From Paraspadella gotoi (lineage: Eukaryota > Animalia > Chaetognatha), in assembly GCA_051294375.1 (NCBI GenBank), contig JBJCIZ010000028.1:613623-677622 (forward strand): a stretch of 64,000 bases of DNA, written 5' to 3'. The notes below the pieces were generated by a model that made no database searches, was not told the DNA's origin, and saw only the letters and a list, made by a program, of their open reading frames with translations. Positions 1-11,974 of this stretch are shown here, one piece after another. Numbering within the stretch: the stretch's first letter is position 1; the number at the start of each line of letters is the position of its first letter. The position numbers and the translations under genes are program-made.

Positions 1-30
1 TTATTTTAATGTTGTTTTTTTTTTCCGTAG

Positions 31-281
31 TCGATGGTCGGACCCCTCTTTCAGCAGGGATCAAACTCTAGAACGAGCTACGGACGACCGGGCAGCGGAC
101 AAGCTCCGCCTAGGCCGCCAGGTTTGGTCGAAAAGCGCAAGTTTTATATATTATATTTATAAATATTTAGTTTTAATATTCCTACTTTTTTTTTCTAGGC
201 GGCGGCCGATTCCGCGGCTTCGGCGGCCGCGGCGGCGGCGGACCGTCTCCTCCGCCGATGGCCGGCGGCGGGTGAGGTTAA
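31..281 (+). CDS. SELENOK: Selenoprotein K, last two coding exons (31-121, 199-281); Sec UGA at 273-275, TAA stop at 279-281; 5' exons lie outside the window
   Basis: Spliced translation SMVGPLFQQGSNSRTSYGRPGSGQAPPRPPG|GGRFRGFGGRGGGGPSPPPMAGGG-U-G* matches the SelK C-terminus (human GPSPPPMAGGUGR). AG/GT boundaries are in frame and a SECIS lies downstream. Absent from the ORF track. Confidence 0.93.
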
Positions 282-476
282 GCGGCCGCTTCACTCACCT
301 CCGACTCGCGGCGCCTCCGATCTCTGGAATTTCCTCGGGATCCTTTTCGAGGCTTTAAATTTCCGCGCGCCCGTGAGAGAGAGAGTGAAGCGGCTCGTTA
401 TGATATCCCGTAAAAAGCCACACACCCCCCTCCATCGCCCCACCTCCACCCTTCGAAAATCGTCGAAAGAACGACG

Positions 477-910
477 ATATCTCGATCCCCTTTTCCCTAA
501 AGACCGACTCGACTCTCGACGCTTAGCCATCGTCTTATCAATATCTCGATCCCCTTTTCCCTAAAGACGACTCGACTCTCGACGCTTAGCCATCGTCTTA
601 TCAATATCTCGATCCCCTTTTCCCTAAAGACCGACTCGACTCTCGACGCTTAGCCATCGTCTTATCAATATCTCGATCCCCTTTTCCCTAAAGACCGACT
701 CGACTCTCGACGCTTAGCCATCGTCTTATCAATATCTCGATCCCCTTTTCCAAAGACCGACTCGACTGACGCTTAGCCATCGTCTTATCAATATCTCGAT
801 CCCTTTTCCCTAAAGACCGACTCGACTCTGCTCTGCCATCGTATTCAATATCTCGATCCCCTTTTCCCTAAAGACCGACTCGACTCTCGACGCGTCGCCA
901 TCGTCTCAAT
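477..910 (+). repeat. 64-bp minisatellite, about 7 copies, in the SELENOK 3' UTR
   Basis: Unit ATATCTCGATCCCCTTTTCCCTAAAGACCGACTCGACTCTCGACGCTTAGCCATCGTCTTATCA starts at about 477, 541, 604, 668, 732, 791 and 848, with small indels. Confidence 0.95.
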
Positions 911-959
911 TCTCTCGTCTTCGAGTTTTTTTTAAAAAGAAGGGGAAAAAAATTCGCAA

Positions 960-1030
960 CTTGAGAATCCATGACGAAATTCTGGAAAAATCTTTCGTCG
1001 AAGATCCAGAGTTTCCGATTCCGGACGCGA
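960..1030 (+). promoter_or_regulatory. SECIS element (form 2) in the SELENOK 3' UTR
   Basis: ATGAC(971)-GAAATTCTGG-AAAA-ATCTT(TCGTCG)AAGAT-CCAGAGTTTC-CGAT(1019): AUGA/GA quartet, 10-bp helix II, unpaired As and an apical mini-stem. Confidence 0.92.
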
Positions 1031-1429
1031 AGCGAACGCGGACGAGCAACTGGGAGAGTAAAAAAAAAAGTACTGATATTTAACCACTGAATAGACTGCA
1101 GAGAGAGAGGTTGTCGAAATCATTTTTTTAAAAATATATATCTGTACTAGTCCGTTGATGCCTTTTTATCTGATACGACTGTTTTGACTTTTTCGCGTTA
1201 TATACGTATGAACCTACATGTTCGCATAAAATCGCGTTTCTGTCTTTAATTCGTCCCCGGGAAATATGAATGAATAATCTCGTATTTATACAAAATGTTT
1301 AGGCATATTTACAAATTTGGGTAGTTATTTGACAATTTGTTGACATTCGAATCGAGTCATGACTGCAACGACTGGAAAGAAACCTCGTTGCTTAATCGTC
1401 CCTCTTGACGTTCGAAACTCTCCACGGCG

Positions 1430-3853
1430 ATGAGCTCAACACCTCGGACCCCGCGCGTCGAGGGTTCGAACCCCCCACCCACGTCGAGCGCTTCGTCGGC
1501 TCTGGCGGGCGCCTCCGCCGCCGCCTCTTACAATGCGGCGCTGCAGATCGGCGTCCGCGCCGTCACTTTCCTTCTCAACGCCTTCACCCTGAGATTCGTT
1601 ACCAAGGAAACGTTGGGCGTCGTCAATGTCAGGTGAGGATCCAACGAGTCGAGTCACAAACGAAAAATTATTATCTAAATTAATAATTGAGAATATCAAG
1701 TTGTTGACTCGGGAAGTATTTATGATTATATAAATTGCTATAATTATTTTATTCTCGCATATTTAGATGGTTGCGAGTTCATTCAGTAAATTGAAAAATA
1801 AATATTTCAGTCTGACGTTCTCATGAAGGAAGGAATAGAATCAAGTTTAAATTGAAGTAATACAATATGCATATTTGATTAAAGTTTGTTTTAAACTTCT
1901 CTATCTCCCTCTTCACAGACTCGCCCTCCTCTACACCACGATTCTCGTCCTCTCCCAAGAGCCCTTCCGCCGCGCCTCCCTCTCCCTCTCCTCCGATCCG
2001 CGCCATTGGCGCCGCGTCGTTCGTCTCTTCTGGACCGCGACGGCGCCGCTGACTCTCCTCCTCTCCGCGGCGTTGGTCGGCGTCTGGACGACGGCGCTCA
2101 CGGCGCCGGAAATCGAGGAGCGGCTCGAGGCGGCGCCGCTGGTTCGACTTCTCTCCTCCTATTCGGCGTCCGTCGTGGTCTTCGCCGTCGCCGCCGTCGT
2201 CGAAGTCTCGTCGTCGTCGTTGCTCGTCGCCAGTCAGGCCTTCTTCGTTTCCAGGCTCAAGGTTTTTTTAAGAGCATTTTAATATTTATTAATACAAATT
2301 AATATTATGCTCTAAACAAGTTTATAAATTGTTATATTGTAACTTCTAGAGTACTAGGCTTCCCATACAATATAGTGTGTCTTAACCCAGCCTCGTCCGT
2401 CCAAGATATCCCAGATATTCCGTCCGAGATAACTTGATTTTATATTAGTAGTAGCCTACCGATTTCATATTTATTTCATTTTATATTCTTTTTTTTTACG
2501 AATTGCTTTTCGGAACTGCAGTTTAAAGCCAAACGCTCGTAAATTAATTAAGGACTAATAAGTAATAACCCTGACGTAGTGTTAAGGTAATAAATTATTA
2601 TTGATCTTTATTCATGATAATAATAATTGATCCAACCATCCTCTTCTCAGGTCGCCGCCGAATCATTGGCCATCCTTTTCAAATCCTCCCTGACCGTCTT
2701 CCTCCTCACCACCCGCCCTCATTGGGGTCTCCTCATCTTCTCTTCCTCTCAACTCCTCTTCGCTCTCGTCAAATCCTTGACCTTCCTCCTCTTCTTCCTC
2801 TTCGCTCCTACGTCCTCTCTTCCCTCCGGGTTTCCCTTTCGTCGCCCGCGAGATTTATTTCCCTCCGCTGACGACGACGACGACGCCCCCGACGACGCCT
2901 CCGACCGCCTCGGCGACCTCTCGTGGAGCATCGCCAAGCAGACGGTCGTCAAGCAGCTTCTGACGGAAGGGGAGCGCTACGTGATGACCATCTTCGACGT
3001 TCTCTCCTTCGCCGATCAGGGAATCTTCGACGTCGTCAACAACTTGGGCTCGTTGGTCGTTCGGTTTTGTTTTCAGCCGATCGAGGAAGCCGGGTTCCTC
3101 TTCTTTTCACGAACGTTGAGGAGGGAGGAGAGGACGACGACGACGACGACGACTTCCGAGGAACAGACGGAAGAACCTCCAGCGACGCTGGCGTCGCGAG
3201 TCTTCTTCCACCTCCTCCGACTCGTGACTCACTTGGGCCTTCTCGTCGTCGTCTTCGGCCAGTCCTACTCCCACGCCGCTCTCCATCTCTTCGGCGGCGC
3301 GGCGCTCTCCGACGGCGCCGGCCCGAGCCTTCTCCGATGCTACTGCCTCTACGTCCTCACCGTAGCGTGGAACGGTACGCTCGAGTGCTACGCTACGGCC
3401 GTCATGCGACGCGACGAGGTCGACTCTTACACTAAGCGAATGGTGGGATTTTCCTTCGTCTTTCTCGCCGCTTCGATGATTTTGACCAAATGGCAAGGGG
3501 CGCTCGGTTTCGTTCTCGCCAACTGCGTCAACATGTTACTGCGCGTCGCCTTTTGCGCGCGTTTCGCTCTTGGCCACGCCCACAAGTTTCGGCGTCGGGT
3601 GGACGGACTCGAGACGCATCCGCTCTGGGGCCTGGCGCTCTCTCCCGCCACATTGGCCTGCTACGTCGCCGCCTTCGCCGTCACGTGGGCGTCGGAGGCG
3701 CGGATTTACGAGGAGGGCGTGGCGGCCACTTTGTTGGTGGCTCACGTCGCCGTCGGCGGAGGGGCGTTGGTTGCGACGATCGGATTCGCGGCGACGAGAG
3801 AGAGGGAGACGATTCGTTTCGCGATGGACGAGTGGAAGCGTAGGAGGGAGTGA
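1430..3853 (+). CDS. RFT1: RFT1 (Man5GlcNAc2-PP-dolichol translocation protein); exons 1430-1632, 1919-2261, 2651-3853
   Basis: Motifs LGVVNVRLALLYTTILVLSQEPFRRA and KQLLTEGERYVMT...DQGIFDVVNNLGSLVVR..FQPIEE; multi-TM; in-frame GT-AG junctions. Confidence 0.95.
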
Positions 3854-4038
3854 GTGTGAGAGAGAGAGAGAGAGAGAAACAGAGAGATAGAGAGAGAGAG
3901 AGAGAGATGCTTGTTATTGTTATGCCTCCAAAGCTTAATCTTGTCCGAGATGCCTTTTAGTCAATTTTAAAAAACAAATATTTTCCCTATTTTTTAGCGA
4001 CAGTCCAAAAATTGGTCGAAAATAAAATAAAAAAGAAA

Positions 4039-5676
4039 ATGGATGAAATCATCGACGCCATCGAATCCCGCGTTTCTCAGTTGAAACGAGCTCTCAACCA
4101 TGAGAGAGACGTGAAAGACGCTCGGCTGCGAGCGGCAAAGGCATCGAACGATGACAACAACAACAATATCGTCAACAACAACGACCGCGGTAACGAGGGC
4201 AACGGCGACGACATTACCCCGAAATCGGAGCCTTCGTGTGGCGACAGAGATCCAGACTCTTTGTGGGATTCGGAAGAGAGCGAATACAGCGCCTTTCGCG
4301 GCGCTGCGGATCTAGACGCTGCGGCTGCCGACGACGCGGGAAGCGAACTGTGTGAAGAAGAACTGGAACTGATCGTCATTGACGACGACGGCGACGACAT
4401 CTTGGGCGCCGTTTCCTCGAGGGCCGCCCCGTCTACCTCGCCGAGCGAGAATTACGTTCCGTCTAAATTGGATCATTGGCTCTGCCAGTCTTCAACCCCG
4501 GCACGTCCGCCTGGTCCCTCTCGCGGTATCCACGCTTCGCCCGAAGACATCAAGCCTTCTAAGTTGATCAGCGATGGCAGAGTCCGCGGTCCCACACATC
4601 GTCTAAGCGATGTTAAATTGATAAACCAGTTTTCCCTCAACGCTCCGACGCCATCGACCCTAACATCAGCGCATTCTCGTTGGCGTCGAAGCGACGGCGG
4701 AAACATTAGGCCCTCTGAGTTGCAAGGGTCTAATAGCGACAGGGCCGGGTTCAACGAGGGCGAAGACCGCGGGCCCTCCTATCGTCCCAACTCGGACGAC
4801 GTCGACGACGCTTCGACGCCACCGAAGGCAACATCAGCTCGCCACAATACGTGCCGCTTGAAACCCCCGGACGAATCGTTGAAGGTCGAGTTTCCCCAAC
4901 CCCGTCCTTTCTTGTCGAGGAAGATTGATTTGCCGCACGAGAGTTCTGCCCGTCCCAAATCTTCGTTCTTCCGTACTCCCGGTTCTACAGTATCTTCCGG
5001 GAGATCGGGTGTACGCATAGTTGACGTCGAAGGCCCTTCGACGTTTTACTTGACCAAATCAGAGGTTAAATATCCCCTCGACGACGAGGCTAGCTTCTCG
5101 ATCTCGTTAGAAGATTCGCTCGGCATGGAACCGCCTCGCGGGGATCAGACTCGCGGGGATCAAACTCCGAGAGATTCACCTCGTGGGGATCATATTCGTG
5201 GGCATCAATCTCGATCCGATTTCCCGGCGCCGAACGCCGAGGATTCGATTCTCGTTTCGCCGTTCGGCGTCGAACCGCCTACTCGAAAACGTCTCTTCGC
5301 TCAACGGTCCTCGGAACTTGCGCCGCCAATGAATCGCTACCGTTCCAAGAATCGGATCTCCGCGACGGCTTCAACTATACCGCCCCGCACCGCCGATCCG
5401 CCAACCCCCTCGCCCGCGCGGCCCTGCAGGACCGCGCGGCCCCGTAGGACCCCGCGTCTCGCATCCCAAGTCGAGTCGTATCGGTGCGCGCCGTCTCGAT
5501 CTACATCGAGAAAGCGAGGGAGACCGAAGAAGAGTCCACTCACCGGTTATAAATATTTCATGCGTCAGGCGTCGGACTTGACGCCTGGGACAAAGATGGA
5601 GGCCTGGAGACGCCTGACCAAGCGTCAACGGGTCAAGTTTAGTAATCTTGCCCGCTTCAGCGGTGATGACGAATAG
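4039..5676 (+). CDS. Intronless, largely disordered protein with N-terminal coiled coil, AT-hook and degenerate C-terminal HMG-box-like segment
   Basis: 545-codon ORF from ATG 4039. RKRGRPKK (AT-hook) is followed by PLTGYKYFMRQ...EAWRRLTKRQRVKFSNLA (HMG-like). Confidence 0.65.
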   Translation: MDEIIDAIESRVSQLKRALNHERDVKDARLRAAKASNDDNNNNIVNNNDRGNEGNGDDITPKSEPSCGDRDPDSLWDSEESEYSAFRGAADLDAAAADDAGSELCEEELELIVIDDDGDDILGAVSSRAAPSTSPSENYVPSKLDHWLCQSSTPARPPGPSRGIHASPEDIKPSKLISDGRVRGPTHRLSDVKLINQFSLNAPTPSTLTSAHSRWRRSDGGNIRPSELQGSNSDRAGFNEGEDRGPSYRPNSDDVDDASTPPKATSARHNTCRLKPPDESLKVEFPQPRPFLSRKIDLPHESSARPKSSFFRTPGSTVSSGRSGVRIVDVEGPSTFYLTKSEVKYPLDDEASFSISLEDSLGMEPPRGDQTRGDQTPRDSPRGDHIRGHQSRSDFPAPNAEDSILVSPFGVEPPTRKRLFAQRSSELAPPMNRYRSKNRISATASTIPPRTADPPTPSPARPCRTARPRRTPRLASQVESYRCAPSRSTSRKRGRPKKSPLTGYKYFMRQASDLTPGTKMEAWRRLTKRQRVKFSNLARFSGDDE

Positions 5677-6027
5677 ACCCGACGTTTGGTTGTATTTTCT
5701 TATTTTTAAAGTTTTAGCTTAGTTTTTTTTCTTTTCTTATTGAACGTATTTTATTCGTTTCGTTTCTCCCAATAATCATCTTGTTTTCTTTTCTTTTCTA
5801 AATAGTTTTTTGGTTTTTTTATTTTTATATTTTTTTTATTGTATATTCCTTCCGTACACACTACACAGTACAAACCGAACAGTATAAACTGTGCTTCACG
5901 TAATTTCGCCTTGCAAGTTTCAGCTTTACGAAATATTTTGTGCGATTTCCTCCCGTTCAGAAAAAGAACAAAAAAACTAGAAAATTTAGAAAGAAGACAC
6001 CCAAGCGCCCCACTCCCCTCTTTGAGC

Positions 6028-9000
6028 ATGGCGGTCCCCAAAGCCCCCGTCGATGCCGAGTTGAAGAACATCATCGAGAAACTGGCGCAGTTCGTGGCTC
6101 GAAACGGCGCCAGTTTCGAGCAGATGACAAAGACGAAGCAGAGGGACAATCCCATGTTCTCCTTTCTCTTCGGCGGGGAAGGTTTTGACTATTACAACTA
6201 CCGCGTCACCACGGAGCAGGCCATCCTCAAGAAGCAACAGGTTTGTTTTTTTTCTTTTATTTTATTTAAGAAAAAACTCATTGATTATCAAGAGCGAAAT
6301 CAAGACGAGATTTATTCTGAGACACGAGTCTTGATCAATGCTACTGAAACTAAAACAAGCTAAGTCTTTTCATAGCTGAGAAGAGGATCAGAGACACGGG
6401 CTATTTTGACAATTCTATCGTTCTCGCAAGCTGATTGGTCGAAGGGTTTCACGGCGGCCAATCAAGATTCGGCGATTACATTCCCGAGCTTCTGATCCGA
6501 TTTCGCTTTTGGTGGCTTGATACTCCCGCGATGTTATTTTGTCTCCTTCTCGCTCTTGTCAGCTTCCCCCTTGATCGGAAACGACTCTCTCATTTTTCTC
6601 TTTCCGCGTATCAATCACTCTCCTAATAATCTTCTATCTCCTAATAATCTTCTATCTCCTAATAATCTTCTATCTCCTAATAATCTTCTATCTCCTAATA
6701 ATCTTCTATCTCCTAATAATCTTCTATCTCCTAATAATCTTCTATCTCCTAATAATCTTCTATCGATCTCCGTTCCAGCAACAAAACCAACAGCAACAGC
6801 CCTCGGCGAACCAGTTGGCGGTCAACGCGGCCGCCATCGCCGCTCAAGAGATTCAATGCCAGACCCAAGTCAAGCAGAGCGAGACCAACCTGGCCGCTCA
6901 GTACCAAGTCATGGTGCAGCAGCAGCAGCTGCAGATAGACGAGGCCGTGCAGCGGGCGATGGACGAGGAGCTCTCCGTCGTGGCGAGAGATTGCGGCATC
7001 GACCTGGAAGAGTTGGCCGGCGTCTTGCAGCCGATCATCGACTCTTGCACCAAGGACGCCATCTCGGTGGGAAAGAATTGGATCTTCGGTCATAGGTGAA
7101 TGAGGGAGGAGAAATGATATTATATATATATATAATTTTATATATATATTAAATGAAGGGTGGGAAAATGTCACCACTTTTTCAAAATTTGTGACGTTTA
7201 TTCACTCATTTTAGTCGAGTTTTAATTAATTGGCTCGTCAAACTAAACTTTTATTACTAAAAAAAACATATCTTTAATTTTTTATCTCCCTCTTTTTACT
7301 TGGGGACAGCCTGAGCGAGAAGCACACGGAGGTGTTGTCCCAGTATTTGCTCAAACGCGTCGTGGCGAAGGACGCGACTTTTCAACTCCGACTTCATCTC
7401 ATTTATCTCATCAACGACGTCCTGCATCATTGTCAACGAAAGAACATCGAGGAGCTTCGACAAGGTGCGTCTGAGAATAAAAGTAAATAAGAATGTAATA
7501 ATAAAGATTTTGTTTATACGGGGATGTTGGATTCGGGATTAATGTCGTTCATTTTACATTTGTGCTTATTGTGCTCATGATGATGACCGAGACGGGTTAG
7601 GGCGGAGAGAGAGAGAGAGAGTTGGGGGGGTGGGTTGGGAAGTCGGAAGAAAAAGACAATTAAGACACATTCTACCCTCCCATCCCCCCCCCCATAAAAT
7701 GAAACCAGCTTTCTCCCGAGTCGTGACTCCCATCTTCTGCACGACGCAACTCGGCGTCGACGAAGACAAACGCGACAAATTGTCGAAGCTCTTGACTCTT
7801 TGGGAGACGAACCGATACTTCGCGCCGGAAATCCTCGAGGCGCTCAAGACGCCGGAACGCGCCGTCGCCACCTACAATCAGCAAAAGTTGACCAAATATC
7901 AGAGCGTCGTTAACGGAATCACGGCAGCCGTGCAGGAGCAGTACACGCAGCTGCAGAAGCAGCATCAGGCCTTCGTCGATCATCTCACCAATCAATTGAA
8001 GGCGCAGAAGGAGATTATTGCGGCGCAAGCGGCGGCTGCCGCGGCCGCGGCGCAACAGCAGCAGCAACAACAGCAGCAAGCTTTTCAAGGCGGCGTCGAA
8101 AATGGAAGTCAACCGCCTCCACCAGGATCGGATGTCCCTCCGGGTCAACCTCCCTCTGCTCAGCCTCCTCCGATGGGCCTGTCTTCTTCCGGCGGTCGTT
8201 CCTCCAGATTCGGACCTCCGCCTCAACAAGCCGGCGCCGCCGGGCCAGCGGCGGCGCCCAACGGTGCCACGCCCCCTTCGGCGCCCGGCGCCTCGAACGC
8301 CGCATTTCCGCTGGGTCGTGGGAAACCTATCAACGCTACGGCCGACGGCCCGCTGGGATGGAGTTCCGGTGGACCCGGTCCCAAAAACTTTGGCAATTTC
8401 GGTTTCGCTCCAAATTTCGGCGGCCCGCCCGGCGCCGGAGGACCGCGTCCGCCCGGCGCAAATTTCGGTCCGCCCCGGCCGGGATTTCCCGGACCGCCAG
8501 GGCCCCCTGGGACCGGCGGTTTCGGACCGCCGCCCCCGGGAATTGGCGGACCCCGAGGCCCTTGGGGCGGCGCCGCCGCCGGCGGCCCGCCAGGAACCAG
8601 CTTCCCTCAAGGCGGCGCTACTGGCCCCGTTGGCGGCGCTGTCCCCGGCGGTGGTGGCCCTAATTTTCAGCGGCCGCCAAATCCGGCCAATGGCGCCATG
8701 CCAGACTTTTCTCAACCTCCGCCGGGATGGAATAATCAGCAGCCGCCGGGCAAATGGAACAACGGGGGTGGTCCGCCGCCGCTGCCGCCGCCGCCGCCGA
8801 TAGAGGGCGAGGGAATGCTGCCGCCGCCGCCGGAGGAGCAGCCGCAGCTGATGCCTTCGGTTCCTTACTACGAACTTCCGGCCGGATTGATGGTTCCTTT
8901 GGTGAACCCTCAGGTGAATGAATGAATGAATGAAAAAAATGTTGGATTGAGGCGAATGTATAATTAAATGTCAATAATGTCAATAATGGCGGACGTGAGG

Positions 9001-11824
9001 CGGTGTGAATATACCGCCACACCTTGTATTTTGATACTAGTGTGGACTACAATTCGTAGTAATCCCAGATCTGAGATTTAAGAGAGGTTTCCTTCTGTCC
9101 AGTTGACACAGTTAAATAACTTTTCACATCTTCTTAGGATTGCTGGTACCAGCCGCTGGACTCCAAGGACATCCGTCTCCCTCCGCCTCAGCCTCCGAGC
9201 GAGAGGCTGTTAAAAGGTTCGCGAACCAAAGAGAATGGAATGGAACCGGTCCTTAATTTCACTTACTTCATGAACCCTTTCCAAACTCCCCGACTCCGAA
9301 CTACCTTATCTCCGCCCTTTTAGCCGTGGAGGAGTTCTACATGCCGCCGTCTCGGGACAAACCGCGCGACGCCGAAGGCTGGGAGAAGTTGGGCCTCTTC
9401 GAGTTTTACAAGATGAAGGAAAAGTACAAGGAGAGAGCGATGCGGCGAGGAGGGGCCAGGTTCGAGAAGGGGATTTCGGGTTGGGGGGGGGAATCGGTAT
9501 TAAAAATGTTTTATTTCGTATTCAACAATCAACAATAACAGACCGGGTATAATATAATATAATATAATATAATAATGTCAAAACAAGGTGAATATAAAGG
9601 GAACGTGCTAAGCTGAGATTTGGCTTACACAGTGGGTAAAAGGAATTATTCCTTTGAGGATAACATTTTTTTTAACGTATAAATATTAGAAAGTTGTTTT
9701 CTACGCTGGTAAAACATTTTAAAAATACGTTAGTCAGCATTGGGTACTGGCCTTAGCAGTTTAAACAAAATACGTAGTCCTTTTATAATATCGATGTTTT
9801 TCAATTACGGTAATATAATACAATACAATTTTTGTACCCTTCTTAATTAGTTAAGTAATTAACGACAAACAAAAATAACTCCAGGTCCCCGTCCGGGTCT
9901 CGTTCTCGCTCTCGTTCTCGATCGCGAGATTCCCGCGACTCTCGATCCCGCTCGCGATCTCCCCGCTCGCGGTCTCGATCCCGCTCGCGGTCCCGCTCTC
10001 GATCCCGCTCTCGATCCCGCTCGCGCTCGCGATCCCGCGACTCTGACAAATCTCGCGGTCGATCTCGTTCGCGCACGCGCTCGACCGGATCCTCGAGAAC
10101 GCCGTCTCCGTCGAGGGCGAAGCGACGGGGGTCTACCTCGCCGACGGCGCCGATGGCGGGGACGGCGACGGCGACTGCGATGGCGATGGCGACGGCGACT
10201 GCGATGGCGACGGCGACGGCGACGACGAGTCCAAAAGGGGTAAATATTTGGGAAGATGATAAATTTTTTGTCGGTATTGTTGTGTCGACGTAGTGCATGT
10301 AGCGGTTTGTACGTGAGGAAGCAAGATTACTTTATTTTGACGTCGGATTTCAAAAAAAGAATATTTTTTTCGGTAAACATAAATAAAATTAGTCATTAAA
10401 CGAGTTACTTTCAAAGGTTCAGTACTTTAGTTTAGTTTTAGTTTGTGAAAATAACATGTGGAACGCGGTTTCTTCAGATTCAATTTTTTTAAAGAGACGA
10501 GAAAATTATGGAAGTAATTAAAATAAAAATATTAAAAAATCAGTCTCTTTTTTTAAAGCTCAACAAAAGCTATGATTTTGACATCTGATCCTTCAACGTT
10601 CTTGAACGTTATATTTTGTAGTTAGTAGTTACTTATGAATTAGTTCATCACATTTTATTAATGGTTCCATTTTAAACGTTAGTGTCTTTTTTTTGTTGAA
10701 TTTTAATAGTTTAGTTTTTACTTGTTTATCGTTTTCCAGTCTTACACTGTTACTATTTCTGATTTTGTTAATACTGTTTTTGGTATTAATAAAAAAAATA
10801 ATAATTTCGAATATTTCCAGATTCTCATTCGGTTTATTTTTCTTCCAGCCACAAAAGCCGCCTTCCGACCCGCCGATTCCTCCTTTCTCACTGACACGAG
10901 AGCAGCAGTTCCCGGTCGGCAAAGGCTTAAAGACCAGCCCGCCACGGGAAGTCGCCAGTCCAAAATCCCGCCGCTCCCGGTTCGTATTGAAGGGTAAAGA
11001 TGTATATATAAGATCCTCGGATTTGCTAAAAACTTTTCGTCGCAATCCCCCACCTTGTGAAGGAAAGATTGTTTGAATATGATTAAATGAAATTAGTTAA
11101 TCAATCTCATTATTTGTATAGTAGTAAAATATTCCAAGTCACATTGGTTTATGATCTGTTTTGTTTTTATTTTCATTTTAGTAGTCTAAATGAATTTGTG
11201 ATATTTTGCTCCACTTTCAACTTTCCAAGATCCCGCTCCCGCTCCATCTCCCCGATGCGGCCCAGCTTCGGCGGCGGATACGCCATGCCCCTCCCGCCCG
11301 CCATGGACGCCGGAAACAAAGGCCATCAACTCTTGGCCAAGATGGGTTGGCAAGGCGGAGGGCTCGGCGCCTCGGAACAGGGTCGACAGGCGCCCGTCGA
11401 AGCCGGCGAGGTGAGTAAGGGAAGGGGTGAGCTCAGACATCGTGACGCGTTTCGATGGGTTTGTGAGTTGCGCTGCGAGTACTCGCGGAACGATTTAATG
11501 AGTCACTTTTCCCTCGGTCGACCTTTAATGTGCTCGCTTCTGACTTGAGCATATTGCTTGTTGTGCATATTTTTTATACGTGTGTAATGTGTAATTCAAA
11601 AGTTATTGTGGCGCAAACGTTCAGTTTGCGGGATTATTTTTTATATTTAAATCGTAACCCTTATCTTCCCCCCCCCCCATAAAAAGGTTCGCGGAGCCAT
11701 GGACAAATACCAAGGAGTCGGTTTGGCGGGAAAACAGGATCCGTTCGAGGATTTTCGAAAAGCCAAGAGTCAAGGATTCATGGACAGAATGAAAACTAGG
11801 GACGCGGGACCGAGAAAAAAGTAG
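6028..11824 (+). CDS. CHERP: CHERP (SURP, CID, Pro-rich, RS, G-patch); exons approx 6028-6240, 6779-7095, 7310-7464, 7709-8913, 9138-9216, 9324-9459, 9885-10239, 10849-10979, 11230-11410, 11687-11824
   Basis: SURP ELKNIIEKLAQFVARNG..FEQMT; LQPIIDSCTKDAISVGKNWIF; LRLHLIYLINDVLHH; PYYELPAGLMVPLV; G-patch NKGHQLLAKMGWQGGGLG; C-terminal KYQGVG...DPFEDFRKAKS. Confidence 0.95.
6619..6762 (+). repeat. 18-bp tandem repeat x8 at the 3' end of CHERP intron 1
   Basis: (TCTCCTAATAATCTTCTA)8 ending 16 nt before the acceptor AG at 6777-6778. Confidence 0.95.
10560..10712. repeat. Interspersed repeat with an inverted copy at about 17868-18002 (THOC5 intron)
   Basis: TTTTAAACGTTAGTGTCTTTT and CTTATGAATTAGTTCAT match reverse-complemented AAAAGACACTAACGTTTAAAA and ATGAACTAATTCATAAG. 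Confidence 0.8.
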
Positions 11825-11910
11825 ACTTGAAAATGGACAGACTCTCACGCCCCCCGATGATATCGCGACTTCTTCCAGTAGAAAATCACAAAAACAAACA
11901 CCCCCACTCA

Positions 11911-11974
<64 letters not shown>

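Noticed and set aside
477-910. CRISPR array
   Set aside because: Units are contiguous near-identical 64-mers with no unique spacers; eukaryotic context and no cas genes.
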